From a virus (taxonomy: Duplodnaviria; Heunggongvirae; Uroviricota; Caudoviricetes): DNA of 64,000 nucleotides. Positions 8,999-18,183 of the stretch are shown piece by piece. The notes under the pieces are model-generated. The model searched no databases. It had not been told where the DNA came from and saw only the letters and a program-made list of their open reading frames with translations. The translations under genes and the position numbers were made by a program. The stretch's first letter is position 1; each line of letters opens with the position of its first letter. The stretch is taken from the IMG/VR virus record IMGVR_UViG_3300005531_000248, positions 1 through 64,000 of that record, one strand, 5' to 3'.

Positions 8999-9032
8999 AT
9001 TTAAACCGCTAGTTTAGAAAGCTCAAACAGGG

Positions 9033-9443
9033 ATGCCCATAAGACCAGAGTTTAAAAAGTTCTACACCGGTCAACAGTGGAACTTAATCCGAACGAGGAT
9101 CTTAAAACGAGCGCACGACAAATGCGAGCAGTGCAAGGCTCCCAATCATGCTCAAGTATTCAGGTCCACCCATGGCATGTGGAGACTCCGTGATTCAGGA
9201 GCACCCTGGCACCGATCGAACGGCAACATTACGACTTTCAGCCCAATGGTGATTCGCGAAGTACGAATTGTATTGACCATTGCGCATTTAAACCACAAAG
9301 CGGGCGACGACCGGGACGAGAATCTCAAAGCGCTCTGCCAGTGGTGCCATCTGAACTTCGACGCCCCGCATCATAAGTGGACCAGATCGATAAGAAAGGA
9401 TAAGGCGAGACCAATGCAGTGGGAAGGAGCTATTCAAGTATGA
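9033..9443 (+). CDS. HNH endonuclease
   Basis: CEQCKAPNHAQV...HLNHKAGDDRDENLKALCQWCHLNFD (Cys4 + His-Asn-His). Confidence 0.75.
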   Translation: MPIRPEFKKFYTGQQWNLIRTRILKRAHDKCEQCKAPNHAQVFRSTHGMWRLRDSGAPWHRSNGNITTFSPMVIREVRIVLTIAHLNHKAGDDRDENLKALCQWCHLNFDAPHHKWTRSIRKDKARPMQWEGAIQV

Positions 9444-9515
9444 TTACAAGCTTTCGACCATTCTATTTCTCGCGCTGGACTGAGGTTCCAGCGCGTAGAG
9501 ATTGCGCGTCTTCGC

Positions 9516-10484
9516 TTGAGCGCTCCGTTCAATGAGTTCAGGATGCGTGTGAACGTGATCAATCTCAGCGTTCCTCACTACAATCTCGGCGCGGCAAAAC
9601 TAGCCGCCTGGCTCCGATCGCAAGGTTGGACCGTTGTCGAACAGGGCCTCGGAGAAGCCGATCTCGTTTGCTTGTCTGCGATCTTTTCTTGGGATTTACC
9701 CAAGGGAGTTAGAATTGTCGCTCACTACGACGGGCGCGCCGAGATCTGGGCCGGTGGTCCGGGATTTCACCATATGGCCGAGTGGTGGAAGGAGCAGACC
9801 GGGATTACAGCGCACATTGGCCTGGATTGGAGATTCGAACGGCACCGCGGCGATTACCGGATGTGTTTTGCGGCGCGCGGCTGTCCCTGGGATTGTCACT
9901 TCTGCGGCGTGACGAAATGGGAAGGCAAGGAATACACCCTGGATTGGGATTTCGAACCGGCACCAATCCTCTGCGATAACAATCTGACCGACGAGCCGGT
10001 AGATTTTCAGGAGCACATTGTCCGGCGTTACCAGGAGCGGGGCGTGCGGTTGCTGGATGCCAATAGCGGATTTGAGCCGAGGAACTTTACAGAGGAGACG
10101 TATCGGCGCTGGAAGGCGCTACTGCGCGGACCGTGGCGGTTCGCTTACGACTACCTGCCAGAGCGATCTGCGGCTTTACGGGTGCTGCGAATCCTTCGGG
10201 ACGAACCGTCAAAGAAGAAGCGCGTTTACGTGCTGATCGGTAACGAGCCTTTCGAGGCCTGCTTGCAGCGCGCGACGGAGGTGATCGAGAACGGTGGTGA
10301 GCCGTACTGCCAGCCGTTCCTGCCTAAGACGGCACTCGACCGGCATGATTTCGTAATTCGGTACGACTGGACGCGCGATAAACTGGTGCACTTCGCGCGC
10401 TATTTCAATCGGCATTTGAACAAGTACAGCACTCTCGAAGAGTACCGGTGTGCAACCAAACAACCATTCGCGATGCTGTCTTGA
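9516..10484 (+). CDS. compact radical SAM protein with N-terminal B12-binding-like domain
   Basis: CPWDCHFC = CX3CX2C; N-terminal VNVINLS...NLGAAKLAAWLRSQGWTVV...ADLVCLSAIF...IWAGGPGF matches B12-binding domain of class-B radical SAM enzymes; only 322 aa. Confidence 0.6.
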   Translation: MSAPFNEFRMRVNVINLSVPHYNLGAAKLAAWLRSQGWTVVEQGLGEADLVCLSAIFSWDLPKGVRIVAHYDGRAEIWAGGPGFHHMAEWWKEQTGITAHIGLDWRFERHRGDYRMCFAARGCPWDCHFCGVTKWEGKEYTLDWDFEPAPILCDNNLTDEPVDFQEHIVRRYQERGVRLLDANSGFEPRNFTEETYRRWKALLRGPWRFAYDYLPERSAALRVLRILRDEPSKKKRVYVLIGNEPFEACLQRATEVIENGGEPYCQPFLPKTALDRHDFVIRYDWTRDKLVHFARYFNRHLNKYSTLEEYRCATKQPFAMLS

Positions 10485-10617
10485 AGGGAAGAAGCCGGGC
10501 GCGGAAGAAACCGCAGACATCGGCCCAGTTGGCAACGCGGTCCGGACCAGGGGTATCCCCAGCAGGTTCGTCGGCGCGTACTCAGCGTAAACAGTCTCAG
10601 CGTAAAAAGAGAAGCTC

Positions 10618-10863
10618 ATGACCTACATAGAACGTCACGGAGTTTTACTAATCTGGGGCGAACCAGTCAAACAGAACGAACTGGAGCGCACCGTTTCTGA
10701 ATTGTCTCTAAGATCCTTAGTTCAACAACGGGATCAGTACATCGAACTGCTGCAAGACAAAAACCGAACGCTGGAGCGCATCAACCGGCAGTTGCGGATT
10801 GTGGCGTTTGCTGCAACGGGCCTGCTCTTGGTGGTGGCTCTGATTCAGATAGGTGTCAAATGA
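10618..10863 (+). CDS. small protein with C-terminal TM helix
   Basis: coiled N-terminus; LRIVAFAATGLLLVVALIQIGV; ATGA overlap with next gene. Confidence 0.35.
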   Translation: MTYIERHGVLLIWGEPVKQNELERTVSELSLRSLVQQRDQYIELLQDKNRTLERINRQLRIVAFAATGLLLVVALIQIGVK

Positions 10864-13631
10864 GTACCGCTGCTGTTTCTGTCCAGAAATCGATGTTAAC
10901 GGGAGCTATCTGCCCGGAGTGCAAGCTACATCGGGGCCATCGCGCGAATTGCTCCAAAGGCCGGATAAACGAGTCTAGCGATCGCAGTCTCGAAGCCTAC
11001 CGTGAATTTCTGAAGCGCAAGGTATTGCTCTCGGACGAGTACGGGTTTGAAGTGGCCGATTCCGAGATCCACGCATCGCTGAAGCCTCATCAACGCATTG
11101 CAGTTCAGTGGGCCGTCCGTGGCGGCCGTCGGGCATTATTCGAATCCTTCGGTCTGGGAAAAACACGTCAGCAGCTTGAAATTCTGCGCCTCATCGTTCA
11201 GCGTGTGGGCGGCCGCGGCTTGATAGTGGCGCCGCTGGGTATACGACAGGAATTCCAGGCCGAAGCTGCGGAGCTCGGAACCGATCTGAAGTTCATCAAG
11301 TCCGATGCGGAAATATCGGGCGACGGACTGTACGCCACCAATTACGAGAGTGTCCGGGAAGGCAAACTTACAGCGTCCCGTTTCGTCGCGGCATCGCTCG
11401 ACGAGGCGGCCATATTGTCCGGCTTCGGCGGCGTGAAGACCTTCCGTGAGTTTATGCGGCAGTTCGACGCCGTGAAATACCGCTTTGTGGCCACGGCCAC
11501 GCCTGACCCGAACGAGTACATCGAACTTCTGGCCTATGCTGCCTTCCTGGGAGTAATGGAAGTCAGCCAAGCCAAAACCCGGTTTTTCAAACGGGACTCC
11601 ACCAAAGCCGATCATCTAACGCTGCACCCTCACAAAGAGCGGGAATTCTGGCTATGGGTAGCGTCCTGGGCTTTGTTCCTCGACAAGCCATCCGACTTCG
11701 GACCTGAGTTCTCAGACGAGGGCTATTCCCTGCCACCGCTCGATATACAGCTCCACGAGTTGCCAGTGGATCATGCTGCAGCTCTGCCGGATCGCGAAGG
11801 CCAGGGCAGACTGTACCGGGAATCGGCGCAAGGTCTGAGTGAGGCCGCACGCGAGAAGCGCGAGACCTTGGATGCCAGAATCGCGGAAATGAAGCGCATC
11901 GTCGACCTGGAGCCGGAGGAACACTTCATCCTTTGGCATGACCTCGAAGACGAGCGCCGCTCGATCAAGAAACTACTTCCCCAAGCCGCGGACGTATTCG
12001 GAATGCAGCGGACCTCGAAAGGCGGCTCCGAGAAGCTGGAGCAGTCCTTGATGGATTTCGCACAGGGCAAAGTTCAATACCTTGCCGCCAAACCATCCAT
12101 GTTTGGCGCCGGTTGCAATTTCCAAAAGCACTGCGCGCGTGCCATCTTCTGCGGGATCAATTACTCGTTTCGGCACTTCATCCAGGCGGTACACCGAATC
12201 TATCGCTTCTTGCAAAACAGAACGGTCACCATTCACCTGATCTACGCCGAAAGCGAGAAGAGCGTTTTATTGGCACTCCTCGAAAAATGGGAACGCTACA
12301 AACAGCAGTGCGCCAAGATGCGCGAGATTATCGCGGAGTTCGGACTGGCCCGAGAAGCCCTGAAAAGCGCCATGACACGCTCGCTCGGAATAACGCGCAT
12401 CGAGCGCGGCAGTGAGCATTATCTAATGGTCAACAACGATTGCGTGGAAGAGTTGCATCGTATGGAGTCCGGCAGTATCGATCTGGTTGTAACGTCCCCG
12501 CCGTTCTCGCACATGTACGAGTACTCGCCCAACTACGCCGACTTCGGCCATTCAGATTCGAACGAGCACTTTTGGGAGCAGATGGACTTCATGATTCCCC
12601 AGTTGCTGCGCGTTCTCCGGCCAGGCCGCACGGCCGCTATCCACGTCAAGGACCGCGTAGTGCCGGCTGGAATTTCGGGGCTAGGTTTTCAGACGATTTA
12701 TCCGTTCCACGCCGATTGCATCGCTCATTTCGTCAAAGCAGGTTTCGGCTTCATCGGCATGAAGACCATCGTCACGGATGTGGTGCGCGAGAATAACCAG
12801 ACCTATCGCCTCGGGTGGTCCGAGCAATGCAAGGACGGCACCAAGATGGGCTACGGGCTGCCGGAATACTTGCTGTTCTTCCGTAAGCCTCCAACAGATA
12901 CCTCCAATGGATATGGCGATAAGCCGGTTGTGAAGAGCAAACCGCTATGCGTGTCGGAGGCCGGCGAGATCGTTTCGTTTGACCGTGATCTTCCAATTCA
13001 GCCGGGAAGCGGGTACTCGCGATCACGCTGGCAGATCGACGCCCACGGATTCATGCGCTCGTCCGGCAATCGACCGCTTCGTCCAGAAGACCTCAACGGA
13101 CTGACCCACGAGCAGATTTTCAAGCTGTTCCGCAAGTACTCATCTGAAGAGATCTACGACTTCGAGCAGCACGTGAGGCTGGGCGAGGAGCTGGAGCAAA
13201 AAGGCACTCTGCCGGTCACGTTCATGCTCTTACAGCCGCAGTCCTGGCATCCGGACGTATGGACCGACGTAACGCGGATGCGCACGCTCAACAGTTCCCA
13301 GGCCTCGAAAGGCCGGGAGATGCATCTATGCGCGATGCAGTTCGATGTGTGCGATCGAGTCATCGCTCAGCTTTCGATGCCCGGAGAAGTGGTGCTAGAC
13401 CCCTTCGCGGGAATCGGAACCGTTCCATCGCGCGCGGTGATGCAGGGCCGATTCGGCCTGGGAATTGAACTGGCGCCGGGGTATTTCGCGGATGCGGTGA
13501 GCTATTGCAGAGCGGCCGAGGAGAAACGCGCGGCGCCCACACTGTTCGATCTGACGGAACTAGATTCCTCTGAGCGCGAACGCGGCCTGCCTCAACCCGT
13601 CGAGACCGCCGAGGGGAGCGTCAACATATAA
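10860..13631 (+). CDS. SNF2-family helicase fused to beta-class N6A/N4C DNA methyltransferase; C-terminus in RE-1
   Basis: N-terminal HQRIAVQWAV...FGLGKTRQQL...LIVAPLGIRQEFQ (SNF2_N), DEAAIL box, helicase-C GKVQYLAAKPSMFGAGCNFQ; C-terminal DLVVTSPPF (motif IV) then LDPFAGIGTV (motif I); ends SERERGLPQPVETAEGSVNI. Confidence 0.8.
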   Translation: MSTAAVSVQKSMLTGAICPECKLHRGHRANCSKGRINESSDRSLEAYREFLKRKVLLSDEYGFEVADSEIHASLKPHQRIAVQWAVRGGRRALFESFGLGKTRQQLEILRLIVQRVGGRGLIVAPLGIRQEFQAEAAELGTDLKFIKSDAEISGDGLYATNYESVREGKLTASRFVAASLDEAAILSGFGGVKTFREFMRQFDAVKYRFVATATPDPNEYIELLAYAAFLGVMEVSQAKTRFFKRDSTKADHLTLHPHKEREFWLWVASWALFLDKPSDFGPEFSDEGYSLPPLDIQLHELPVDHAAALPDREGQGRLYRESAQGLSEAAREKRETLDARIAEMKRIVDLEPEEHFILWHDLEDERRSIKKLLPQAADVFGMQRTSKGGSEKLEQSLMDFAQGKVQYLAAKPSMFGAGCNFQKHCARAIFCGINYSFRHFIQAVHRIYRFLQNRTVTIHLIYAESEKSVLLALLEKWERYKQQCAKMREIIAEFGLAREALKSAMTRSLGITRIERGSEHYLMVNNDCVEELHRMESGSIDLVVTSPPFSHMYEYSPNYADFGHSDSNEHFWEQMDFMIPQLLRVLRPGRTAAIHVKDRVVPAGISGLGFQTIYPFHADCIAHFVKAGFGFIGMKTIVTDVVRENNQTYRLGWSEQCKDGTKMGYGLPEYLLFFRKPPTDTSNGYGDKPVVKSKPLCVSEAGEIVSFDRDLPIQPGSGYSRSRWQIDAHGFMRSSGNRPLRPEDLNGLTHEQIFKLFRKYSSEEIYDFEQHVRLGEELEQKGTLPVTFMLLQPQSWHPDVWTDVTRMRTLNSSQASKGREMHLCAMQFDVCDRVIAQLSMPGEVVLDPFAGIGTVPSRAVMQGRFGLGIELAPGYFADAVSYCRAAEEKRAAPTLFDLTELDSSERERGLPQPVETAEGSVNI
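13571..13630 (+). repeat. RE-1 dispersed element (forward, subfamily A)
   Basis: gagcgcgaacgcggcctgcctcaacccgtcgagaccgccgaggggagcgtcaacatataa. Confidence 0.75.
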
Positions 13632-13639
13632 GAACCCTC

Positions 13640-14080
13640 TTAAGGTGACAATCTCCTGATTCTGTACTCTTCATCGAGTATGATCTCAACGGATCGTAAA
13701 GTAAGCCCAAACCTCCGTGAAATGTAGGAGTACGTCATCCCGGCGCCATCGAGCGAAAGAATGCAATCCGGCAAGGCATGGGGTTCGGAAGCCTTCGTTT
13801 CGCATCCGGTGCACCGGCCTTCCTTGAGTGGAAAACCGATCCGGCGGGAACACTCCTGGGGTTCAATGAGCAGGTCTCCAAGCAGAAGGTAGTCGTAGCC
13901 GACCCCGAAAACCATGCAGAGCTTGTGGACGGTGGCGATCGAGAGGTCCGAGGCCAGGCCGCGCTCGAGCCGGGAAACCGTGGTCAGGCCGACGCCAGAA
14001 AGAGATGACAGCTTGCCCTGGCTCCAGCCGCGCTCGCTTCTGAGCCGGATCAGTGTCCGGGGCAATCTCTTTGACAGCAC
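13640..14080 (-). CDS. XRE-family HTH transcriptional regulator (CI/Cro-like repressor candidate)
   Basis: LIRLRSERGWSQGKLSSLSGVGLTTVSRLERG = HTH_3; divergent from sigma factor gene. Confidence 0.75.
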   Translation of the reverse strand: MLSKRLPRTLIRLRSERGWSQGKLSSLSGVGLTTVSRLERGLASDLSIATVHKLCMVFGVGYDYLLLGDLLIEPQECSRRIGFPLKEGRCTGCETKASEPHALPDCILSLDGAGMTYSYISRRFGLTLRSVEIILDEEYRIRRLSP

Positions 14081-14125
14081 AGCACCTATTCCTTCCGTAC
14101 ACGGAACACAGCCTATTGCGGGCGG

Positions 14126-14707
14126 GTGTCGTGCGCCCTTAATCTGTCACTTCAAGTCACACTTTGTCTACAAGGTTACGCCGTGGAAATACCTGAGCGC
14201 AACTTGCTTATAGAACGGTATTTACCGAAAATTCGGGGTATCGCACGCCAGTTATCGTACCGGCTTCCAAGTTCTTTCGAGGTTGAGGATCTGGTCCAGA
14301 TAGCTGTGGTGGCACTGATTGAGGCTTCAGAACGGTATAAAGAAGATACCGGAAGCTCTTGGTGGTCGTTTGTAAGAGACAGATGCTATGGGAGTATGAT
14401 TAATTTCGTTGATGGGGAGATAAGACGGGTCAAGGGCGGCGAAACCAACGGTTTCTCCTCCCTTACAAACCCGCCTCTTCCCTCAGAAGCGCCCGACCGT
14501 TCGCCCAATCCGGAGTGCCAGGCCATCACCCACGAACAGGCCCGGCTGCTGATCCGACGGATCGGCCGGCTGCCCAAGAAACACCGGGCGTACCTGCGGC
14601 TCAAGGTCGATGGCCGGACACATTCTGAAATTGCACGCAGGCTGGGTGTGAGCCTGCCGCGGATCAGCCAGATCAAAACCAAGGTCAGAGAGGAACTGGT
14701 CGCGTGA
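14126..14707 (+). CDS. sigma-70 family RNA polymerase sigma factor (group 3/FliA-like)
   Basis: region 2 DLVQIAVVALIEASERYKEDTGSSWWSFVRDRCYGSM; region 4 LPKKHRAYLRLKVDGRTHSEIARRLGVSLPRISQIKTKV. Confidence 0.7.
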   Translation: MSCALNLSLQVTLCLQGYAVEIPERNLLIERYLPKIRGIARQLSYRLPSSFEVEDLVQIAVVALIEASERYKEDTGSSWWSFVRDRCYGSMINFVDGEIRRVKGGETNGFSSLTNPPLPSEAPDRSPNPECQAITHEQARLLIRRIGRLPKKHRAYLRLKVDGRTHSEIARRLGVSLPRISQIKTKVREELVA

Positions 14708-14827
14708 CGTGCGCGGCCTGCGGCGGTCCACTTGGAGAGACCTCCGAGGTGTGGCCCTGTTGCTACTGTTCTAGATGCCTGCTCACTGGACCAGCTCGGG
14801 CGCGAGAGCATGGAGCGGTGCCCGCCT

Positions 14828-14890
14828 CAGAGCGCGAACGAGCAACTGGCGCAACCCGTCGAGAGCGGCGAGAAGAGCGTTGCCATAAAA
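14828..14890 (+). repeat. RE-1 dispersed element (forward, subfamily A)
   Basis: cagagcgcgaacgagcaactggcgcaacccgtcgagagcggcgagaagagcgttgccataaaa. Confidence 0.8.
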
Positions 14891-14959
14891 TCACTTGATC
14901 AAAAATCCAACGATTCCTCCCTTAATTTCTAAGACTCTTTTTTGGATCTTAGTCAGTGA

Positions 14960-15364
14960 GTGAAGAATTCACAACCAGTCCCCGCCTCCAAACTCTCCCT
15001 CCAATCCCTGGTTGACGAGCTGGGCGACAAAATGACCGCTGTCGCCCTCTTCAAAGCCGAAACCCAAAACCGCTGCGACGAATTGAAGTCAGAACTGCTT
15101 TTGCGCTACGACGAGGCCTCGGCCGAAACCTCCTACGTCGTAAAAGGCGAGCGGCATGTGATCGAACTCTCGGCCAAACGCAACGAGCGCCAGGTGTTAG
15201 ACATGTGGAAACTCTACCGGGCGGTAAAGATGAAACTGAAGGAGTTTCTTTCTTACTGCAAGGTTTCCATGACCTTTGTGGACTCACGGCTCGACCCGGA
15301 TCAACAGGAAGGTGTGGTTTACCAGGAACGTAGTGGGCCAAGAAGTGTGAAGTTGATTCAGTAG
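14960..15364 (+). CDS. hypothetical protein
   Basis: ORF track; protein-like composition. Confidence 0.4.
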   Translation: MKNSQPVPASKLSLQSLVDELGDKMTAVALFKAETQNRCDELKSELLLRYDEASAETSYVVKGERHVIELSAKRNERQVLDMWKLYRAVKMKLKEFLSYCKVSMTFVDSRLDPDQQEGVVYQERSGPRSVKLIQ

Positions 15365-15399
15365 TGAACCATGCATTTGTATGGTCAGAGACTATGCTT

Positions 15400-15468
15400 T
15401 TTTGTTGGCAACGCTTTCCTCGGCGGTCTCGACGGGGTGAGGCTGGTCGCGTGCGCGCTCTGAAGGGC
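15400..15468 (-). repeat. RE-1 dispersed element, inverted orientation
   Basis: reverse complement: cccttcagagcgcgcacgcgaccagcctcaccccgtcgagaccgccgaggaaagcgttgccaacaaaaaa. Confidence 0.7.
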
Positions 15469-15481
15469 TCGCTGGAATAGC

Positions 15482-15691
15482 ATGGCTGCTCTATACGACA
15501 TTTTGGGAGTGCTGCTGATATGGCTGGAACTCGTCGTAACTATCACAATTACCGGAGTCTGCATTGTGGAAGCTCCTCTCAGCAAATCAGCACGCGTTGC
15601 AGTGCGGGGAGCAACCGTAATCCTGGGCTTGATTGGTACGTTTGGCGCTCTTGTCTGGGCCGTAGGATGGCTCGCGGAGAAACTGAAATGA
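15482..15691 (+). CDS. small two-TM membrane protein (possible NfeD-like partner of SPFH protein)
   Basis: two hydrophobic helices; overlaps next small membrane ORF (ATGA at 15688). Confidence 0.4.
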   Translation: MAALYDILGVLLIWLELVVTITITGVCIVEAPLSKSARVAVRGATVILGLIGTFGALVWAVGWLAEKLK

Positions 15692-15906
15692 AGCCTCTGC
15701 ACATCCTTCTCGGCGTGGTGGTCTTCTGGCAACTTTTAGTGGCTGTCTTGGCGGCCGCTGACTTAAGTTTCCGCGTTCCGCTACGCGAGGCTGTGCGCAA
15801 CGGGTTATTTTTGGCGACTGCCTTGATGGGTGTAATCGCTGGTGCATTTTTTGCCGTACGTCAACTCTGGATAGGGCTAGGTTTGCCGCCTGTGTTGCCA
15901 CGGTGA
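15688..15906 (+). CDS. small two-TM membrane protein
   Basis: MKPLHILLGVVVFWQLLVAVLAA...LFLATALMGVIAGAFFAV; by-eye start inside ORF 15520..15906. Confidence 0.4.
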   Translation: MKPLHILLGVVVFWQLLVAVLAAADLSFRVPLREAVRNGLFLATALMGVIAGAFFAVRQLWIGLGLPPVLPR

Positions 15907-16274
15907 ATCAACGATTGTTTAAAAGGATCGAAATGAAACTTCTTTGGATCGCTACGCTGGCGTTGGCCGCCTTCGCATTGTGCTCCTGCGATGACCCAAC
16001 CATGCCCAAGGCGGCCAAGCCCTGCGAGGTATCGGACGCAACCGCAAAGGCGCAGGCCGAGGCCGCACGAAAGCAGGCCGAGATGCAGATCGAAGTAGAG
16101 AAGCGGTTCAAGGATATCCAGATTGCTACGCTGAACAAGTGCGTGGAATCGGGCGGCGCGCCGGTCATGATGGGCGGCAACGTGGACTGCAAACCGGCTC
16201 AAAAAGGAAACGCCCAGGTTGAAGCCGGGTCCTGGGGATTCCGGGTCAATCCGCCGGCGAAAGGAAATCGATGA
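15903..16274 (+). CDS. putative lipoprotein / secreted protein
   Basis: signal peptide MKLLWIATLALAAFALCSC (lipobox-like LCSC) then Ala/Lys/Glu-rich region. Confidence 0.45.
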   Translation: MNQRLFKRIEMKLLWIATLALAAFALCSCDDPTMPKAAKPCEVSDATAKAQAEAARKQAEMQIEVEKRFKDIQIATLNKCVESGGAPVMMGGNVDCKPAQKGNAQVEAGSWGFRVNPPAKGNR

Positions 16275-17194
16275 CTGAGGGCATTCTCACACCGCAGAAT
16301 ATCGTTTTAGCTTTGCTGGCGATCTTCGCCGTTATAGCCGTGTTCAGCGGGTTTTTCACAATCCACACCAAGCAGGCCGGGCTTGTGGAGCGGCTCGGAA
16401 AGTTCTCCCACATTGCTGGGCCGGGCCTGAATTTCAAAGTGCCTTTCATTGACTCTCTGGTTTACGTCGAAGACCTGAACATGCAACTGATGGACGTGTC
16501 GGTCCAGTCCAAGACCAAGGACGACGCCACGGTTACCATTCCCATCCGCGTTCAGTATTTCGTGCTCGCCGACAAGGTGAAGGAAGCCTACTACGAGCTG
16601 GACGACCCGGAAAAGCAGATCAAGGCCCACGTCGAGAACGTGATTCTGAGCTACATTCCCAAGCTCGATCTTGACGACACGTACAAACAGGAGGACCAGA
16701 TCGCGGCCCGAATCAAGGAAACCCTCACCACGGTGATGGCGAAATTCGGGTACTGCATCGAGAATGCACTCGTTACCAAGATTGTTCCGGCCGATGCCGT
16801 TGTAACGGCCATGAACGAGATCAACGCCGCACGGCGCGAAAAGATCGCGACCGAAGCCAGGGCCGAAGCCGCGAAGATCACACTCGTCAAAAAGGCCGAG
16901 GCCGAAGCGGAAGCTAAGGCTCTGCAAGGCCAGGGCGTAGCGAGAGAACGCAAGGCTATTGTAGATGGACTCCGGGATTCGGTTCAGGACTTCGAGGCGG
17001 GCGTGAAGGGAATCGACGCGCACGACGTCATGGCGTTGGTCATGATGACTCAATACTTCGATGCCTTGAAAGACATCGGAGCGAACAGCAACACGATCCT
17101 TCTGCCGCACTCCCCCGCCGCAGTCGCCGAACTCAGCGCGCAGCTTCGTGACGCTGTGACGGCTGGTTCGCTCGCCGCAAAGGGCAAGCAATAA
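16271..17194 (+). CDS. SPFH/band-7 (stomatin/prohibitin/HflKC-like) domain protein
   Basis: N-terminal TM; core VERLGKF...PGLNFKVPFIDSLVYVEDLNMQLMDV...; Ala/Glu-rich coiled-coil tail. Confidence 0.85.
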   Translation: MTEGILTPQNIVLALLAIFAVIAVFSGFFTIHTKQAGLVERLGKFSHIAGPGLNFKVPFIDSLVYVEDLNMQLMDVSVQSKTKDDATVTIPIRVQYFVLADKVKEAYYELDDPEKQIKAHVENVILSYIPKLDLDDTYKQEDQIAARIKETLTTVMAKFGYCIENALVTKIVPADAVVTAMNEINAARREKIATEARAEAAKITLVKKAEAEAEAKALQGQGVARERKAIVDGLRDSVQDFEAGVKGIDAHDVMALVMMTQYFDALKDIGANSNTILLPHSPAAVAELSAQLRDAVTAGSLAAKGKQ

Positions 17195-17553
17195 TGCCGA
17201 CTCATGGGTTTCCACGTTACCGTTGCCACAAAGAGGTTTCGGCCGTGAAGATCGCCGAAGTTCGCGTGGAATCGCTGCCGGTGTGGAAAGGTGCCACGTG
17301 CAAAGGTTCGTATGCGCTGGGCTCCGCTTGCGGCAAGTGCGAGCGTTGCGCCTGGGAGCGTGAGCACGGATCTGACGCCCTCGGTGCGCTCATCGTGCCG
17401 GAAGATCCTCAAATCTTCCCATTTCGCGTGACAGGGAAGTATTACCGCAAACACCAGCCTCAGCCGGGCGGGTACTTCGTGGTGTACGAGGACGGCTACG
17501 AGAGTTTTTCTCCGGCCAAAGCATTTGAAGAAGGATATACGCGCATCGAATGA
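17194..17553 (+). CDS. hypothetical protein
   Basis: ORF track; ATGA overlaps. Confidence 0.4.
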   Translation: MPTHGFPRYRCHKEVSAVKIAEVRVESLPVWKGATCKGSYALGSACGKCERCAWEREHGSDALGALIVPEDPQIFPFRVTGKYYRKHQPQPGGYFVVYEDGYESFSPAKAFEEGYTRIE

Positions 17554-18017
17554 ATCGCTCCAATGAAAGTCGCAGGAAAATAACACGGTTAGCTTTTGTG
17601 CTTGCGATCTTCAGCGCAGGCGCAATTCCGCTAAGCGCACAGGAGGAGACCGGACGCTGGCCGGGGGGCTGGATCGACTACGCCACCTGTGACCAGATTG
17701 AAGGTTGGGCGGCGGATGCACACCACCCGGAGCGACAGTTTGATGTTGAGATTTTGGAACACGGGAAGAAGATTGGCGAAGCCACGGCCAACCTGTACCG
17801 CCTCGATCTCGAACACAACCTCGACTTCGGTAACGGAAGCTACGGGTTTAGAGCCGCTACTCCGGCACGTCTCAAGGACGGCAGACGGCACGATATTGCT
17901 GTTCGAATTAAGGGTACACACGCGCTGCTCTACGGCGTAGACCGTAGCAGCACCCGGGTAATCGGCTACGAGGTCATAAGCAAAGGCTCCTGGACGATGC
18001 GGGTGAAGTGCCGATGA
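17550..18017 (+). CDS. secreted hypothetical protein
   Basis: signal peptide ...LAFVLAIFSAGAIPLSAQEE. Confidence 0.45.
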   Translation: MNRSNESRRKITRLAFVLAIFSAGAIPLSAQEETGRWPGGWIDYATCDQIEGWAADAHHPERQFDVEILEHGKKIGEATANLYRLDLEHNLDFGNGSYGFRAATPARLKDGRRHDIAVRIKGTHALLYGVDRSSTRVIGYEVISKGSWTMRVKCR

Positions 18018-18131
18018 GCACCCGCACCTGTACGCACACCTTTGCGATTCTGACGGTGAGCCGCGAGGCCTTCGCCGAGATCTGGGCGAAGCTCGCTGCC
18101 GCAAATTACGAGCACTGTCTCCACAAAGAGG

Positions 18132-18167
18132 GCAGTGACGAGGAGAGCGTTGCCAACAAAAAACACC
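18132..18167 (+). repeat. RE-1 partial copy (3' box only)
   Basis: gacgaggagagcgttgccaacaaaaaacacc ahead of GTG start 18184. Confidence 0.5.
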
Positions 18168-18183
18168 CCGGTTAATAATTACA

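Noticed and set aside
14704-14932. ORFs 14704..14898 and 14732..14932 as genes
   Set aside because: They are short overlapping frames created by an RE-1 copy that is open in several frames. There is no independent support.
16307-17215. 302-aa minus-strand ORF opposite the SPFH gene
   Set aside because: It is a shadow ORF typical of GC-rich DNA. The plus-strand frame has clear SPFH homology. The same judgement applies to 29388..30362(-) opposite the portal gene, 36884..37774(-), 23577..24203(-), 23998..24945(+, inside TerL) and most other long minus ORFs inside plus-strand genes.
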